From: Eledone cirrhosa
Lineage: Eukaryota
Assembly: GCA_964016885.1 (NCBI GenBank)
Contig: OZ024741.1
Coordinates: forward strand, 176,452,001 to 176,516,000
Reading direction: 5' to 3'
Length of the DNA: 64,000 nt
The notes under the pieces were generated by a model that saw nothing but the letters and a program-made list of their open reading frames with translations, searched no databases and was not told where the DNA came from. This document shows, piece after piece, positions 50,258 to 63,159 of the stretch. The position numbers were made by a program, and so were the translations under genes. Position 1 is the stretch's first letter. Each line of letters opens with the position of its first letter.

Positions 50258-50829
50258 CAATGAATAAAAAAAGAACGGGGCCTGCGTACATTTCGTGTCA
50301 CTTTATGTTAATTTTCTAATCGCTTTACCTTAAATTTCAGGACATTGCAAATACGTCTGAAACGACACCATAACTCCAAAGTAAGCTCTAGCTCTGGATG
50401 TTCTGTGAGAAATACACGCATAAGTGTAACCCATACAAGCATTTCCAAGAGCAATGTCATGCAATTTTTGGAACGGAAATGTCGCCCTGCCACCAATACG
50501 CAAAGCCAAGTAAAGAAATTTGAGACCTATGAGACAGTGAATATAATCTATTATAAAATCAGGCTGGATTTCAGGGTCGCCGATAAGTCTGTTTCTTAAG
50601 GAGTTATGCTAAACATCCCGATGCGCCTCAAAGCGTGCATGGATTCAGATGGGTATCACTTGGAACATGTGTTGTAATTTAGCATGGAAACATTAGAAGA
50701 TAGTGTCTTTTTATCTGCTGTTTTGCATTGTATGAACTAAGGATGTTCAGAATTCCATCAGTTTTTGTCAAAAAATGAATAATCTAGACAAAAATAATTA
50801 TAGGGCCAGTTTCTTTTTTTTATTCACAG
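50258..50829 (+). mobile_element. Tc1/mariner internal-deletion derivative with TIRs and TA target duplication
   Basis: Left TA|CAATGAATAAAAAAAGAACGGGGCC vs right (reverse complement) TA|CTGTGAATAAAAAAAAGAAACTGGCC. C-terminal transposase peptide NIPMRLKACMDSDGYHLEHVL* at ~50612-50677. Confidence 0.8.
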
Positions 50830-51199
50830 TAAATAATTTGTTTAGTTTGAGCTAATTCAGAGTAATTATTTTTCAGTGTTAGTGTAAACATTTCTTTCTG
50901 CGTACTTCCAAGGGTTGACATTGTTTTCGTTGTATTGTTGTTGTTTCTGTCAATGTTGTTCTTATTATTGATGTGGTTGCTTGTGATACTGCTGTCGTTA
51001 ATTTTGTTTTTCATGTTGTATTTGGTGTTGTTCTTGTAGGTTATAAAATAAATAATATTTCTGTTAATGGTTTTGTAAGTTGTTGTTATGATTGTAGTGG
51101 TAGGCGATGCTAGTTCCGTTGTTGATTTCGACTGTATTAGGTGTTTTGTTGTTACTGTTGTGGAGAGAAATCAATTTATAAGTTGTTGCTTCTTGTGTT

Positions 51200-51237
51200 T
51201 AGTAGTAGTAGTAGTAATAGTAGTGGTAGTTGTTGTT

Positions 51238-51274
<37 letters not shown>

Positions 51275-51312
51275 CAGTAGTAGTAGTAGTAGTAGTGGTA
51301 GTAGTAGTAGTG

Positions 51313-51349
<37 letters not shown>

Positions 51350-51375
51350 CGGCGACGGTGGTGATGATGGTAGTA

Positions 51376-51448
<73 letters not shown>

Positions 51449-51545
51449 GATGAGGAGGAGGGGGTGGGGGAGGAGAAGTAGAGCAGGAGCAGCAGGAGTA
51501 GTAGTGTTAGTAGGAGCAGTAGTAGTAGTAGTAGTAATATAGTAG
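51200..51545. repeat. (GTA)n microsatellite
   Basis: Directly visible. Confidence 0.95.
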
Positions 51546-51885
51546 TTATTGTTGCTCACCGTGTCACCGTCAACGTGTTGAGTGGTGGTGGCGGTGACGG
51601 TATTTGCAAGTGCGTCCGTCGCAGGCATTGGAAGGAAATAAATGGAGAGTTAGGTAAAAACATTTTTGTCAGACGCCATATTGTTTTGTAGAGAGAAGAA
51701 ATGAATGTGTAGAGATAGGAATACGCAACAACATTTTTGCGATATAGCAAGTTCTAAGGAAGCAATCGAAAAAGGATTGCATGATTTCGAAGGCTCGAAA
51801 TAGCGTAAAATATATAAAGATTGTGACTTCGATGGAGCGAAGTAAACACGGGTATTCAATTCTAAAGTCAATAATAACAATAATG

Positions 51886-52040
51886 ATTTCTGATTCAGGC
51901 AAACGCCCAGCGATTTTAGGGAGGTGTAGGGGAAAGTCGGTTGAATCGATCCTAGTGCGTTACCTGCACTTTCTGGAACCCATAAGGATGAAAATCAAAG
52001 CAAACCGTGGCAGGATTTGACCTCAGAATGCTAAAAGACG
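51886..52040 (-). mobile_element. SINE, older long-tail subtype, degenerate
   Basis: TAAGGATGAAAATCAAAG..GGATTTGACCTCAGA plus the GGGGAAAGTCG..AATCGATC segment. Confidence 0.75.
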
Positions 52041-52042
52041 TA

Positions 52043-52485
52043 CCGTATATACTCGCGTATAGGTCGCACTTTTTAACTATAAATAAGTATACAGTTTTGG
52101 GGTGCGACCTATCCGATCGACATCAGACTGACCAATGATTTTTCATAGACTTAATCAACGATAGGTATTTATAAAAATAACTTTGCTAATATTTTTTTTA
52201 TTATTTAACATAATAATTTCATATATCTACCATATATCTACCTTCAAGTAAGAAAAGTTGATAGTTGAAATTTTTTTAATAATTCACTGAGAAATATGAA
52301 TTCCGGTAAGAGAAAAAGTTATCAAACAGTTTTCAAGTTAAAGGTGGTTGGTTATGCAGAAGAATTTGGAGATAGATCAGCAGAAAGGGAGTGTTGAGTG
52401 TCAGAAAAGGTAGTGAGAGGTTGGAGGAAACAAAAAGACAAGCTAGGACAAATGCCTAAATCAAAGAGAGCAGCAAGGTTTGGAG
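52043..52485 (+). mobile_element. pogo/Tc2-like DNA transposon 5' fragment with Brinker-type DNA-binding domain
   Basis: Terminus TA|CCGTATATACTCGCGTATAGGTCGCAC with subterminal inverted GTGCGACCTA. Peptide from 52296: MNSGKRKSYQTVFKLKVVGYAEEFGDRSAEREC*VSEKVVRGWRKQKDKL. Confidence 0.8.
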
Positions 52486-52835
52486 TAATTCTAATCCACA
52501 AAATTGTTGTTTTGATGCTGCTGTCGTTGAATTTTGAACATTGGATATTCCATTTTGTGATCAATCCGCTGGTCATTTCAGTTGAAGACATTTTATCGTC
52601 CACCATGTCTATTTGAAAAAAAAATGAGGGATGTGTTTGTGAAAAGCAACAGAAAATATTAGGTCTTAAGATCCACAGATATAGGGAAATTGATTTAGCG
52701 GCAAAACAATATATAGTTTTCAGACAAAACTTCTTTAGAGACACGTCCACAAACAAAGAACTTACTCCGTAGTTGTACACCACGTCTCGTGAGACCCAAC
52801 AACATCAACAACAACGGCAATAATAATAATAATAG

Positions 52836-52960
52836 TGCTTTCTACAATAGGCACAAACCCAGCAATTTTGGTGAAGTGGAAAGTCGATTAAATCGATCCC
52901 GGTGCGTTATTAGTACATTATTTTATCCACCCCTTAAGGATGAAAGGGAAAGTTTAACCT
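52836..52960 (-). mobile_element. SINE 3' half, long-tail subtype
   Basis: TAAGGATGAAAGGGAAAGT and AGTCGATTAAATCGATCCC; preceded by (AAT)n. Confidence 0.8.
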
Positions 52961-52964
52961 TCTA

Positions 52965-53800
52965 AGATGGCTTGCGGAGAAAACCCACAAATTGCCACTG
53001 TAATCTTGATTGCTAGGGCAAGTGCCTTTGTCAATTGTCTTCCTCCGATGTATAGGTGCATACTCAGAGCAAATCCATTCACATGGACCATGCTCGCTTC
53101 ACTTACTCACTTTTCAACAAACTGTTTCGAAGGCAGCATTTCCATCTCTACCCTTATTTTTCTCTTCAGATAAAACCCGAAAAAGTTAATTAGGGCTTCG
53201 CCGTAAAGGAAAGTACTTTTCTTCAACTCTTTCAAGCACGTTCATCACCCGTCTACTTTCGCCATGGCCACCAGGTCGATAAAAACTGCCTATCCTTCTC
53301 ATCAAAATGAAAACAGTAGAGTGACCTTCGCAATGGACCCAGTTAATACTTGGATCTATCCCGCACGTTACAGCAGGTGTTCGAAATACACTCACTAGTC
53401 AGTAATGCTCAGACAGTGCATGAATGCGTACAGGAGAGTTTCGTCACACTGTGTGCATCTCAGACAGGCCCGGCTGACAGCACCTCTTTCACTGTAGAGT
53501 TTATATCGAAATGGCAAAGTTCCTCGGTAGCACTTCCAGGGTAGTGATTTGTGCAAGATATCCAAGGGCCCTCGACTGAAGGTCCTTTGCAAAGAGAAAC
53601 TAGTTGATTTTCGTCGACATCTAGAGTCTCTCCAAGAACGCCGTCATTTTCAATCCGCATGAAACCTCTATAGAAAGCTAAGGTAGAGTTTTACCCGATC
53701 ACACTGTCCGATTGGCTGAAGGCGGTGATTGCCTCGAGATATTCGAACTTCCAAACGGTTCCTCTTGGTCTTCACTTGACCCAGGATGCAGCTCTGTCAA
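52965..53800 (-). mobile_element. Tx1-like LINE 3' fragment, degenerate
   Basis: GVLGETLDVDENQL and KSLPWKCYRGTLP...AVSRACLRCTQCDETLLYA match the ORF2 C-terminus. Confidence 0.88.
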
Positions 53801-54539
53801 TAATAATAAAACACTCAGATACATAGCCAAAGCACCATCACTTAGAAATATATATATCATATAAAAAATACCACTACTAAGCACTGCACACATATTAGGA
53901 AGAAATAGCACCGCCAAAAACCATACTGTACAGGCCTAAGATGCAGAGTTGCTTTCTGTTATGCACTGACGATGCGCAATAATAATAATAATAATAATGT
54001 TAATAGTAAAAAGCAAATAACAATTCTTTCTTTGTTTATTATTTACTATAAATTTATGATATATTTCTTTCGTTTGTGGAATATTTTAAAGGAACTGCTT
54101 CAACCTGCACGAATAAGAATACAAGTTTTAATCTCCATCATAAATCTTCCTGTTAATGTACCCTTTTATTCCATCTACCGTACGTACATTTTCTACTATA
54201 AATACACTACGCTTACTCTCATAAAGGGGAGATTATCCGTTATCTCCTATTTCGCTGATTCAATGTTTATTTTCCCTCCAAGTAATCCATGGGGTCGACT
54301 AATACAATGTTTGAAAATTTGACTTTCCCCAGTATGCTAGAGCCTCACTTTTTTTTCTAAATTTATTTATAACGAAAATACTACAAACGAAAATAGTGAA
54401 ATTATTTTCCATAAGATTTAATCTTCTTAAATAAGTTCAATGCAAATTTGACGTGCAAACCTAATATATATGCACTGAGAGCAAGTGTTCATTTCAAAAC
54501 TGCCTTCTATTTATTATGTTTTTTTTTATCCTCATCATT

Positions 54540-55350
54540 ATTATTGCATGCCGTCTCTTTACGTTCCGAGTTCAAATCTGACTTCAAATTCAACTATCAT
54601 TTTACCCTGATTGATAAAATATACTAGCACTAAAGTAATGGGGATGGTGTGATCGATTTTCCACTTTCCTCAAATTAGAATATTATTTTGCTGCTCTTTG
54701 AATTCTGACTTCAAATACGGTTGGAGTTATCTTTAACTTTTATCTTTCCTGGGTCGATAAACATAAAGTACTAATAAAGTACTGAGATCGATGTAAATGA
54801 ATTTCCCAACGTCAAATTGCCACCCTTGGGACTAAAATATTATCATTATTATTTACGAGGGCGGTGGATTGGCAGTATCGGTAGAGTGTCGGACGCCATG
54901 CTTTCCAGCATAGTTACGTCCCTTTACGATCTGAGTTCAAATCCCGCCGAGGTTGACTTTGCCTTTCATCCTTACGGGGTCGATAAAATAAAGTAGCAGT
55001 AATGCATTGGGTAATTGCTGGCCTTGTGCCTAAAGTAGAAACAATTATTATTTACGAGGTCGATAAAATAAAGTACCAGTAATGCACTGGGTAATTGCTG
55101 GCCTTGTGCCAAGAGTAGAAACAATTTATTATTCGTAACGTCGGTGTATTGGCAGTATCGATAGATACGTCATGCTTTGCATCATAGAGTTACGCCCCTT
55201 TACGGTCTGAGTTCAAATCCCCCGCCGAGGTTATCTTTGCCTTTCATCTGTACGGGGTCGACAAAATAAAGCACCAGTAATGCACTGAGATCGATTTAAT
55301 CGACTTCCTCTTTCCCCAAAACTTTGGCATTGTGCCTAAATCAGAAATGA
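54540..55350 (+). mobile_element. Tandem SINE cluster: degenerate copies 54540-54680 and 54700-54840, full copy 54858-55050, tail duplicate 55057-55125, long-tail copy 55140-55350
   Basis: A box TGGCAGTATCGG, B box GAGTTCAAATCC, common body; separated by (ATT)n. Confidence 0.9.
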
Positions 55351-55359
55351 TTATTCATA

Positions 55360-55790
55360 ACGCTTCTTCTCTAAGAGAAGTTATAGCGAGTCTTACGGAA
55401 CGAGTGAGCCATTGTTCATGGCCAAAGGTCCTTTGGGTTCTTACTTCTACAACATTCTAACACCCTCTTTAAAATATCTTCTGTTCCTTGCAAGGCTGTA
55501 TTCTATAAAAAACTCCGTCCGGATGGTAATTACTAACTTTTCAAGCCTTTCGTCCGATCGTATACTAGCTGTTCCATTGCGCCGACCACAACTATTACCA
55601 CTTCTAGGTATCTAATTCTCCATAAACTACTAATTTCCTTCTTCAGCTCCTGATATTTATCACTTTTATTATAATGTTTCACTTTGCTTCTCATTTACCC
55701 TGTGGTCCACTGGTGAAGCAATATCTACAATAATTGCCTCGTTATTCTTCTTTTCTACGGTTTGCAATTTCGTCATGCCTTCCCGTGTAC
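55360..55790 (-). mobile_element. R4-clade LINE 3' fragment (RLE C-terminus and 3'UTR)
   Basis: Minus-strand KYQELKKEI and VVGAMGTA; homologous to 56100-56560 (GGCCAAAGGT, TGTTCCTTGCAAGGCTGT, CCCTGTGGTCCA). Confidence 0.7.
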
Positions 55791-55850
55791 TCTTTCTGTT
55801 TCACTATCTTATATTTATTATTATTATTGTTAATATTATCGTCATTATTG

Positions 55851-56067
55851 AGGGCGGTGGGTTGGCAGTATCCGTAGAGCGTCTGACACCTTGGTTTGCA
55901 GCAAAGAGTTACGGCCGTTTATGGTCTGAGTTCAAATCCCGCCGAGGTTAACTTTGCCTTTCATCGTTACGGGGTCGATAAAATAAAGTACCAGTAAGGG
56001 ACTGGGCCGATTTAATCGATTTTCCCCTCCCCTAAAATTGTTGACCTTGTGCCTAAATCAGAAAGCA
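55851..56067 (+). mobile_element. SINE, full length, long-tail subtype
   Basis: A and B boxes; tail CGATTTAATCGATTTTCCCCTCCCCTAAAATTGTTGACCTTGTGCC. Confidence 0.9.
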
Positions 56068-56099
56068 TTTTGTCATTATTATCATTTCTCGTAATGCTT

Positions 56100-57210
56100 T
56101 TGTTCTGACAGATGTTAAACCCACACTATACCAAAAGAGCGAACCATATATGATGGCCAAAGGTAATTCATTTTCCTTCAACTTTCCACCCTTAGAATTC
56201 TTCCTGTTCCTTGCAAGGCTGTTTTCTCCAACAATCTTGTCCTGATGGTAATTGCTAGCTTCTCAAGCCATGCATTCAACATTCTACTAACTGCTCCCAG
56301 TGAACTAACCACAATCGGTACCACTTCTACGAATATGATTCTCTACAGTTTCGTTATTTCTCTTTTCAGCTCCTGGTATTTCTCAACTATCTCACTTTCC
56401 CTCTCATTCCCCCTGTGGTCCAGGGTGAAACAATATCCACAACACTTGCATTTACATTTCCCGTCTTCTTTTTTTTTTCTTTTCAAATATTTGGTAAAAC
56501 ACTTCCTTACCAACCATTTCATCTGCATTTATATTCATATCTTCTGCTACATATTACATAACTCTTTGTCATTGTTTACATAACATTCTACTTTTGACAC
56601 AAGACCAGCAATTATCGCAGTGCATTACTGAAAGACAAAGTTAACCTCGGTGGGATTTGAACTCAGACCGTAAGGGGACGTAAATCTATGAAGCAACGCA
56701 TGTTGTCCGACCCTCTACCGATAATGTCAATCCACCATCCTTATACAATATTACATACTGATGAGGAATTTCTCATCATTTTTTAGCATCATGTACAATC
56801 TGTTTGTATTAGCTTCGTACAATATAATTAACTTTCTTTTCTTTTTATCCAACTTGTATATGTTTTCTTCTGCAAACCTGAAAATGGAAGTACTATATCT
56901 ATGTGACGACTGCGTCTGCCCAGATATTCAATGCAGTGACTAAATTGTTCGTATTCAGGTAGTATTTTATAATCATTTTTACTCCCTTTAAATATCTCTC
57001 TAACCCTTTCATTTATCTCTGCATATATAATGTCACCACGTTTAAAATCCCCAAATACTTGTATCATATACCATCCTGTTCCCCTATGGTTTCTGGCAAT
57101 GACATCCATAATCCACTACAGTTTGCATAATTTCCGCTAATATATTGAGCACAAAGCATTTGGAGATCCCAAATTCAATACTGATATCATTGCCACACAT
57201 CTGGACTGTT
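56100..57210 (-). mobile_element. R4-clade LINE fragments interrupted by a minus-strand SINE (56590-56740)
   Basis: EKYQELKREITKL (RLE end); YLKGVKMIIKYYLNTNNLVTALNIWA (post-RT region) and YKYLGIL. Confidence 0.7.
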
Positions 57211-57244
57211 TTAACATATTATTTTTATCATTATTATTAATTTT

Positions 57245-58617
57245 TGAAGTTGCTCGGGGTTTGGTTCGGACGGGACCCCCAGGGACGAAATAACCGGCAG
57301 AGTTTGTAATCTTACCTAGATATGGGCTGAGAGGAAGCTATCCCTGAATGGTCGGGTGGAGGTGGTGAACGCGTGCATCGCGTCCTTTATCTACTACCGC
57401 CTGACCATAGTGCCTTGCCTCCTTTTGCGACTCGCCAAATTGGAGCGGCTTCTCTTCAAATCTTGTAGAGGGGACAGGTTACGTTGGCGAGGCAGTCGAT
57501 CTACTGCGAGCACCCTCTAAGTGGAGGGCTAGGCATGACGTAGCTAATGATGCACAAACATACGCTAAGCTGCGGCATCGCCAGATTTTCTGCCAAAATG
57601 GAGAACAGGTTGGTTCGGCGTTTGTGAGGAACGCCTTTCCGAAGTTCGTCTCTTTGACTATGCTGCAATTCTCGGTCAAGAAAAGCCCAAGTCTGGACGC
57701 GTGACATCTGGAATGCTGGATGCCAGGTGTCCACTGCCCTGTACCAGGCAAGCAATGCGGTGAGTGGAAGTTCCACTCTCGAGTTATATAGAGGATTAGT
57801 GGTGGGCAAGTGCAACGACGCACTCAGAGAGGCCCTGGATGTCAACGAATTCGAACTGACCAGCCGGTTCCGGAGGACTTTCGAGATAGGGGCTGTGTTT
57901 AACTTCCAGAAATCCCTGAAAACTGAACAGGCACGGAGGTCCTGTAAGAAGGACCTGCACGAGATGCGCACAGAGCAACAAAACCGTTCTGCACGCACTA
58001 GTCCAGTGCCGTCAATAGCTGATTTGTGGAATTATGTCAAACAGCTGTTGTCACGTGTAGAATATATTCGTCTATCGACCGAGCCTATGATGAGGATCGA
58101 CTCACCACCTTCGTTTGGCCTGGAAGGGCAGGAAATATTGCTCTGCCTGGTGTCAGTAGCGAACGAGGTTGTGTTGTGGACCAGCTTGAAAGGAATGAAG
58201 ACAGACTATTTCCTCTTCGGGAAATCCCCCATCGACCTTTTCAAGTTTCCCTTGGAATAGAAGGTAAGGGTGGAGAGAGAAGAGCTGTCCCCAAATACAT
58301 TTGCTAAAAGGTGGGGGAATGTGATGATACAGGGGGGTGTGAAAGGGCTTACACTGAGCATGGGTCTGTAGGCTGGTTAATTTGAGCAAGAGAGGGATGC
58401 CCTTCGTGGATGCCCTCGAAGCGTCGGTTGATCAGGATTGGTGGGGTACCTGAGTCACCCTGTGTGGTTATCTCCCCACTATTAGGGAATTGTCATTGTT
58501 GTATTTTTCTTGTTATTTCGTTATTATTATTTATATTATTTATACGTTTATTTATGTAAAACTCTCACTTTCCCTCTCTCGTATATGGCAGCTCTTGTGG
58601 CCAACAAATGAAACAAT
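57245..58617 (+). mobile_element. Tx1-like LINE, 5' truncated 3' portion
   Basis: Colinear with ~28685-30115, including the 3'UTR; (ATT)n on both sides. Confidence 0.92.
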
Positions 58618-58636
58618 TATTATTATCGTTATTATT

Positions 58637-58785
58637 ATGCTTTCGTATAGTTACGTCCCTATACGATCTTAGTTCAAATCCCGCCGAGGTTGACTTTGCC
58701 TTTCATCCTTACGGGGTCGATAAAATAAAGTACCAGTAATGCACTGGTTAATTGCTGGCCTTGTGCCTAAAGTAGAAACAATTAT
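58637..58785 (+). mobile_element. SINE, 5' truncated
   Basis: B box, body and tail near-identical to other copies. Confidence 0.9.
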
Positions 58786-58804
58786 TATTATAATTATAAT
58801 AATT

Positions 58805-61800
58805 TTTTCCTTTATATTCGCTTTTGGTGCAATGACTACCGAGTGACAATAAGATACTTAGGGCAGTAATCGTTGGTTTTGACAGTTTTCGATAGCGTTT
58901 GTTTTTGTTTTGTATTTTGAAGAGTCCACACATATATTTAACAAGTCACATCACAAAAGTTGTTAGGTAAATAATTTAAAAAAAAATATAAAATATAAAA
59001 TGGTTGGAGTATGAGATTTTAGAAAGTAGTTTTAAGGAGAATAAAAGATATGTGTTGATTTTCCCTTCAAGACAATTGAATGGCATTAGATATTAATAAA
59101 ATTTGCTCCAAAAATTAAACAGTAGAGATTGCGTCGATGAATGTTACAAAGTCACGAAGTATGTGGGCGGCACTTGTTACAACTACCTTTTGGATTTAAT
59201 AGATGCTAGGTTTAACATGTATGTTTTCTAGAATGTTTTGAACACCTTTCTTGTTGTTAACTAGAGCTCCTATGTACCGGAATAGATTCTGTTTTAAGGT
59301 GTCACATTCGGTTTATCTCAATTTATTGACCTTTATATTTAGCAGGTTCTCATACACTTTTGCAGACACAATTCTATCAGAGAGTACGGTCATATGAATG
59401 AGTAAGGAGGTCTTCTTTTTAAAATCTTTAAGAATATTATCAGAATGGTTTGCATTAATAGTGCGATCTGTGTAAATGGTAAAGTCCTAAATGATAGTTG
59501 CTATTTCAATCTCAGATACAGATTACGTATTGTGTTCAAACCAGTTTTCTGCATATTTTGCTTTGTATTATCCTGTGAATATATTGCCCCAAACTACCAG
59601 GTCTAATCCTATATTGAGTTGTTGCTAGTGTGGAACAACCGGATATCATATGGTCAATTGTTTCAAGCTGTACGTCGTTCGTATATCCTCCATATGGGGT
59701 CTGTTCCACTTATGAGCATACTTGCTTGATAATTCCTAATAAAGAGGCTCTGGTACTGGGCAGCAAAACTAAAGCGTTCTGTTTTAGCTTTTAAGCCCGA
59801 ACTTCGGAGCCACTGAAGGGTTTGTGCTTGATCTACATCAACATCTGAGATGCGAAGTAGGAATTAGCCGAGGAGAGAGTTTTCTTGCCATCTATCTCTA
59901 AATCTTTTTAAACCTTCTAGCTTCGACCCGCTTCTGTTATTTTTGCTGCCTTAGTTGGAATTATGTCAGCTTCATTATTCAGGTGTATGTTATCAGTTTG
60001 TATTTCATTCCTGCAATTTCTTGCCTCTTTGAGTACTAAATGAAGTTTCTTTTGGTTTTAGTGTTTTCTTAGTAACATCATCATCCAGTCATTGGTACTC
60101 ACTAGTTACGTTTGTAAGTCTATAGTAGTTATTTTGTATGACAGTTCCAGTTGGACTAGTCCTCTTTCTTGTTCTGATGAACAAATATAAGCGATCTACG
60201 CCTGCCTTGGGTGATGCATTTTCTTGGCTGTATAAAACTTTCGAATTTTGGAGTTCATTCTTTGAAGATGAGATAAATTCCAGTTGGTGATGTTATACAT
60301 GTATTGTAGCACTAACGTGTTTATAGCCTGGAAACGGTTTTAAAATGTATGTCAGTTTTCAGGATTAGCCTAACTTTTTTGAAATTATTTACTTATTTTC
60401 TCCTTCATTTGATTGTGTTTCATTCCTTCACCTTCATTTCTGGTAAGATATTTATAGGTAGCTCATAGATCTAACTGCTATGGTTGTATCTGTATCTAGT
60501 TGAACAGATGATGTTTTGTTAGTTTTCCTCTTTTAAATGTTGCTTTGGTACATCTGTCAAGGCAAAATTCCATGAAAATGTTATTACTAAATTGCTTCGC
60601 AGTTTTTAAATGCGTTTCTAACTCGTGGTCGCTTTCAACATACAATTTTAGGTCATCCCTAAAAATGGTTAACGATCACATTGTTGCTGTACATCTAATA
60701 CCCGTATACCATGTTGAGAACACTTGATATTGGAAAGAGATCAAGACAAAAGAAAAGAGTGGACAGGGAGAAATTTACAGCAATTAAATTTATTTTATTT
60801 GCCTTCATGTCTCCTTTGTTATGTTATATTTAGTACGTTTCTAGAGCTTCCAATATCCATTCATGTCACACCGTCGTAGCCTTTTCTTTAATCAATCCAA
60901 TCAGTGCGTAGATTTTTGACAATTTTCTAGAATCATTTCATTAATCAATAGCAATTCGTTGCAACCATACGTTCTGTGTTCCTCTTTTTCGTTCTTGTCG
61001 AATGATTTTATGGTATTTGTATAACCGCTCAATTAGTATAGATGTCAGGATTTTGTAGGTCGTATTGAGACAAGGTATTGGCCTATATATTTGGGGACTT
61101 TTGTCTCAGAAGCATGTTCTGCCTTCTGTCAAACAGTTTGGTGTTTGGCTCGGATTTTGTATTTAACCAAAAATGAAGTTTTTTGTCTATCCCAGGCGAT
61201 TTCCATTTATGCGTTTTACTTAGCACTACTTCTTGCCATTTCTGATGGTTAATATCTCTTATGCTATCTATTTCTCTATTGCTCTTTTCAGCTTATTTAT
61301 TATATTGATTTTATAGCTCCATATATTTTCCCAGAATGGTTGAACCCTATTTATGTTAGGGAGATCCTTATTCTCCACTGGATATTCACCTATTTCCCAG
61401 TAAAATTTATTTGCATCGATTTGAAAAATGTTTGTTTTGTTTGTAGAACTTGCCTGTCTTATCGCATTCTCTAATTGTTTGTGCTTTGACTTGGATACGT
61501 TGTCTCAGCGTCTCTTTGGTGCTCAATAGACTCTCCTTATATGCGTATCTGATAATTAAAAAAAAAAACTTTTCATGATTTTCTAGTATTTACATTCAGG
61601 CCCCAGATTATCTCTTTGACCATTGAGAATTCACCTCTCATGTTATTAATTTATTTTGTATTTTTTCTTTCCATCTAGGTTGCTTATGAACCTGTCTTGT
61701 TTTCTTTGTATTGATTTAAAGACCAGCTTTAGCTGTAGAGTATACGAGGTAGTTAAGAGAGGTGAAATCTTGTTCCCCTTCTGCTAAAATATCCTTCATT

Positions 61801-62720
61801 GCAGCATTGTAAATTTTAATCTCATGAGTTTTCATTTTGTTCTCCTGAAACTTTGTCTGTGTTTTTCACTTCGTTGCATAAGATTTTATTTAATTCGATG
61901 ACACTATCTTCTTTAGCTTCTGCAATGTCTTGTGAATCGCCTTGTAGAATCATGTTATCGTTTTCGTTACACTTAGTAGCTGGTTCTCTAAGTTAGTTGT
62001 CACCAAAATTTCTATTCTGTCCGATTTCGTCACTTTTCTCGGTGACTTCTTCTTCCGACATGATATCAATTGTTACTGTCAGTGTCCTGGTGTTGTTAAG
62101 CTATATTGGTATTTCTGGTTCTCTGTTATTACATTGTGTTCTTATTTCTTCTAATTCAATCAAGTCAATTTGTTATCTACGTGTGTTTCCTAGTTTATTG
62201 ACATCTCTGTTTCCTCCATTCAGTGTATGCTTGTTTTGTAACATTTGATTTGTGATTGGTTAACGCTGTATAGAATTCTGTCACAACATATTTATATTCC
62301 TCCCTAGACCATTTTCGTTTTTTTTTCGAATTTGGATTATTCTTTGTTAGTGTTTGTACTACTGATTCAATGTTGTGGATTTTCCAATTTTGGTAACCTG
62401 TTGAACTGTTGGATGGAAAGGTTGCTCCAGTTGTCGACTTTTCAACCCCAGCCTGGTAAATCACAGGGAGATGCGTCTCTTAATGAACGAATCGCTACAA
62501 TTTTGGGAGTTTACGCATCTTGCACTTATAAATTCAGTTTTATCCCTACTGTACCCAACTAGACAGGTTTGCTTAAAGAAGCTTAGAGCGGCCTACCTGC
62601 CCTCAATGAGTTGGGTTTACCTGCGCTGGGCGCCATCCCAGTATTTCTGAATTTAACAGCTTCCAAACTAAAAATAGAACTGTGTAAGGGTTGAGAGCCA
62701 AAGGCAAGATACTACACTTA
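58805..62720 (-). mobile_element. R4/Dong-clade LINE copy 4, full length but heavily decayed
   Basis: GVEKSTTGATFP and KKKRKWSREEYKYVVTEFYTAL match the copy 1 N-terminus; KWKSPG (~61200), RPIPCL (~61075), DDL (~60655) and MHHP (~60215). Confidence 0.85.
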
Positions 62721-62960
62721 AGTGATTATTATTATCATTATAAATAAACATTATCATTATAAACATTAAAGGAATTATGATTCACATGATTTCAGTGATG
62801 TTTTGATGTTTGCTTTCACTGTATGAGTGATGGTGGCTGTTGAGTTGTTATGCTAGTTGTTCTTGTTACGTAAATAATCATGACTAGCGTGGATAGTAGA
62901 AGTTGCAACAGTTTCTCCATGTTTTTCCTCCTTGTATTACTATTATTATTAATATTTTGT

Positions 62961-63128
62961 GGGGCGGTGGATTGGCAGTATCGGTGGAGGGTTTAGACGC
63001 CATGCTTTCCAGCATAGTTACGTCCCTTTACGATCTGAATTCAAATCCCGCCGAGGTTGACTTTGCCTTTCATCCTTACGGTAATGCATTGGGTAATTGC
63101 TGGCCTTGTGCCTAAAGTAGAAACAATT
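62961..63128 (+). mobile_element. SINE with internal deletion
   Basis: A box, B box-like GAATTCAAATCC and tail; lacks the GGTCGATAAAATAAAGTACCA segment. Confidence 0.9.
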
Positions 63129-63159
63129 ATTATTAATATTTTTTTCATTATTATTATTG

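Noticed and set aside
54858-55050. tRNA gene
   Set aside because: A and B boxes are present but spacing is long, there is no cloverleaf, and it is followed by the SINE body in multiple copies.
54540-56067. CRISPR-like repeat-spacer appearance
   Set aside because: Repeats are ~190-bp SINE copies in a eukaryotic context with no cas genes.
56758-56780. CTGATGAG followed by a hairpin
   Set aside because: No GAAA; a simple TGATGAG/CTCATCA stem.
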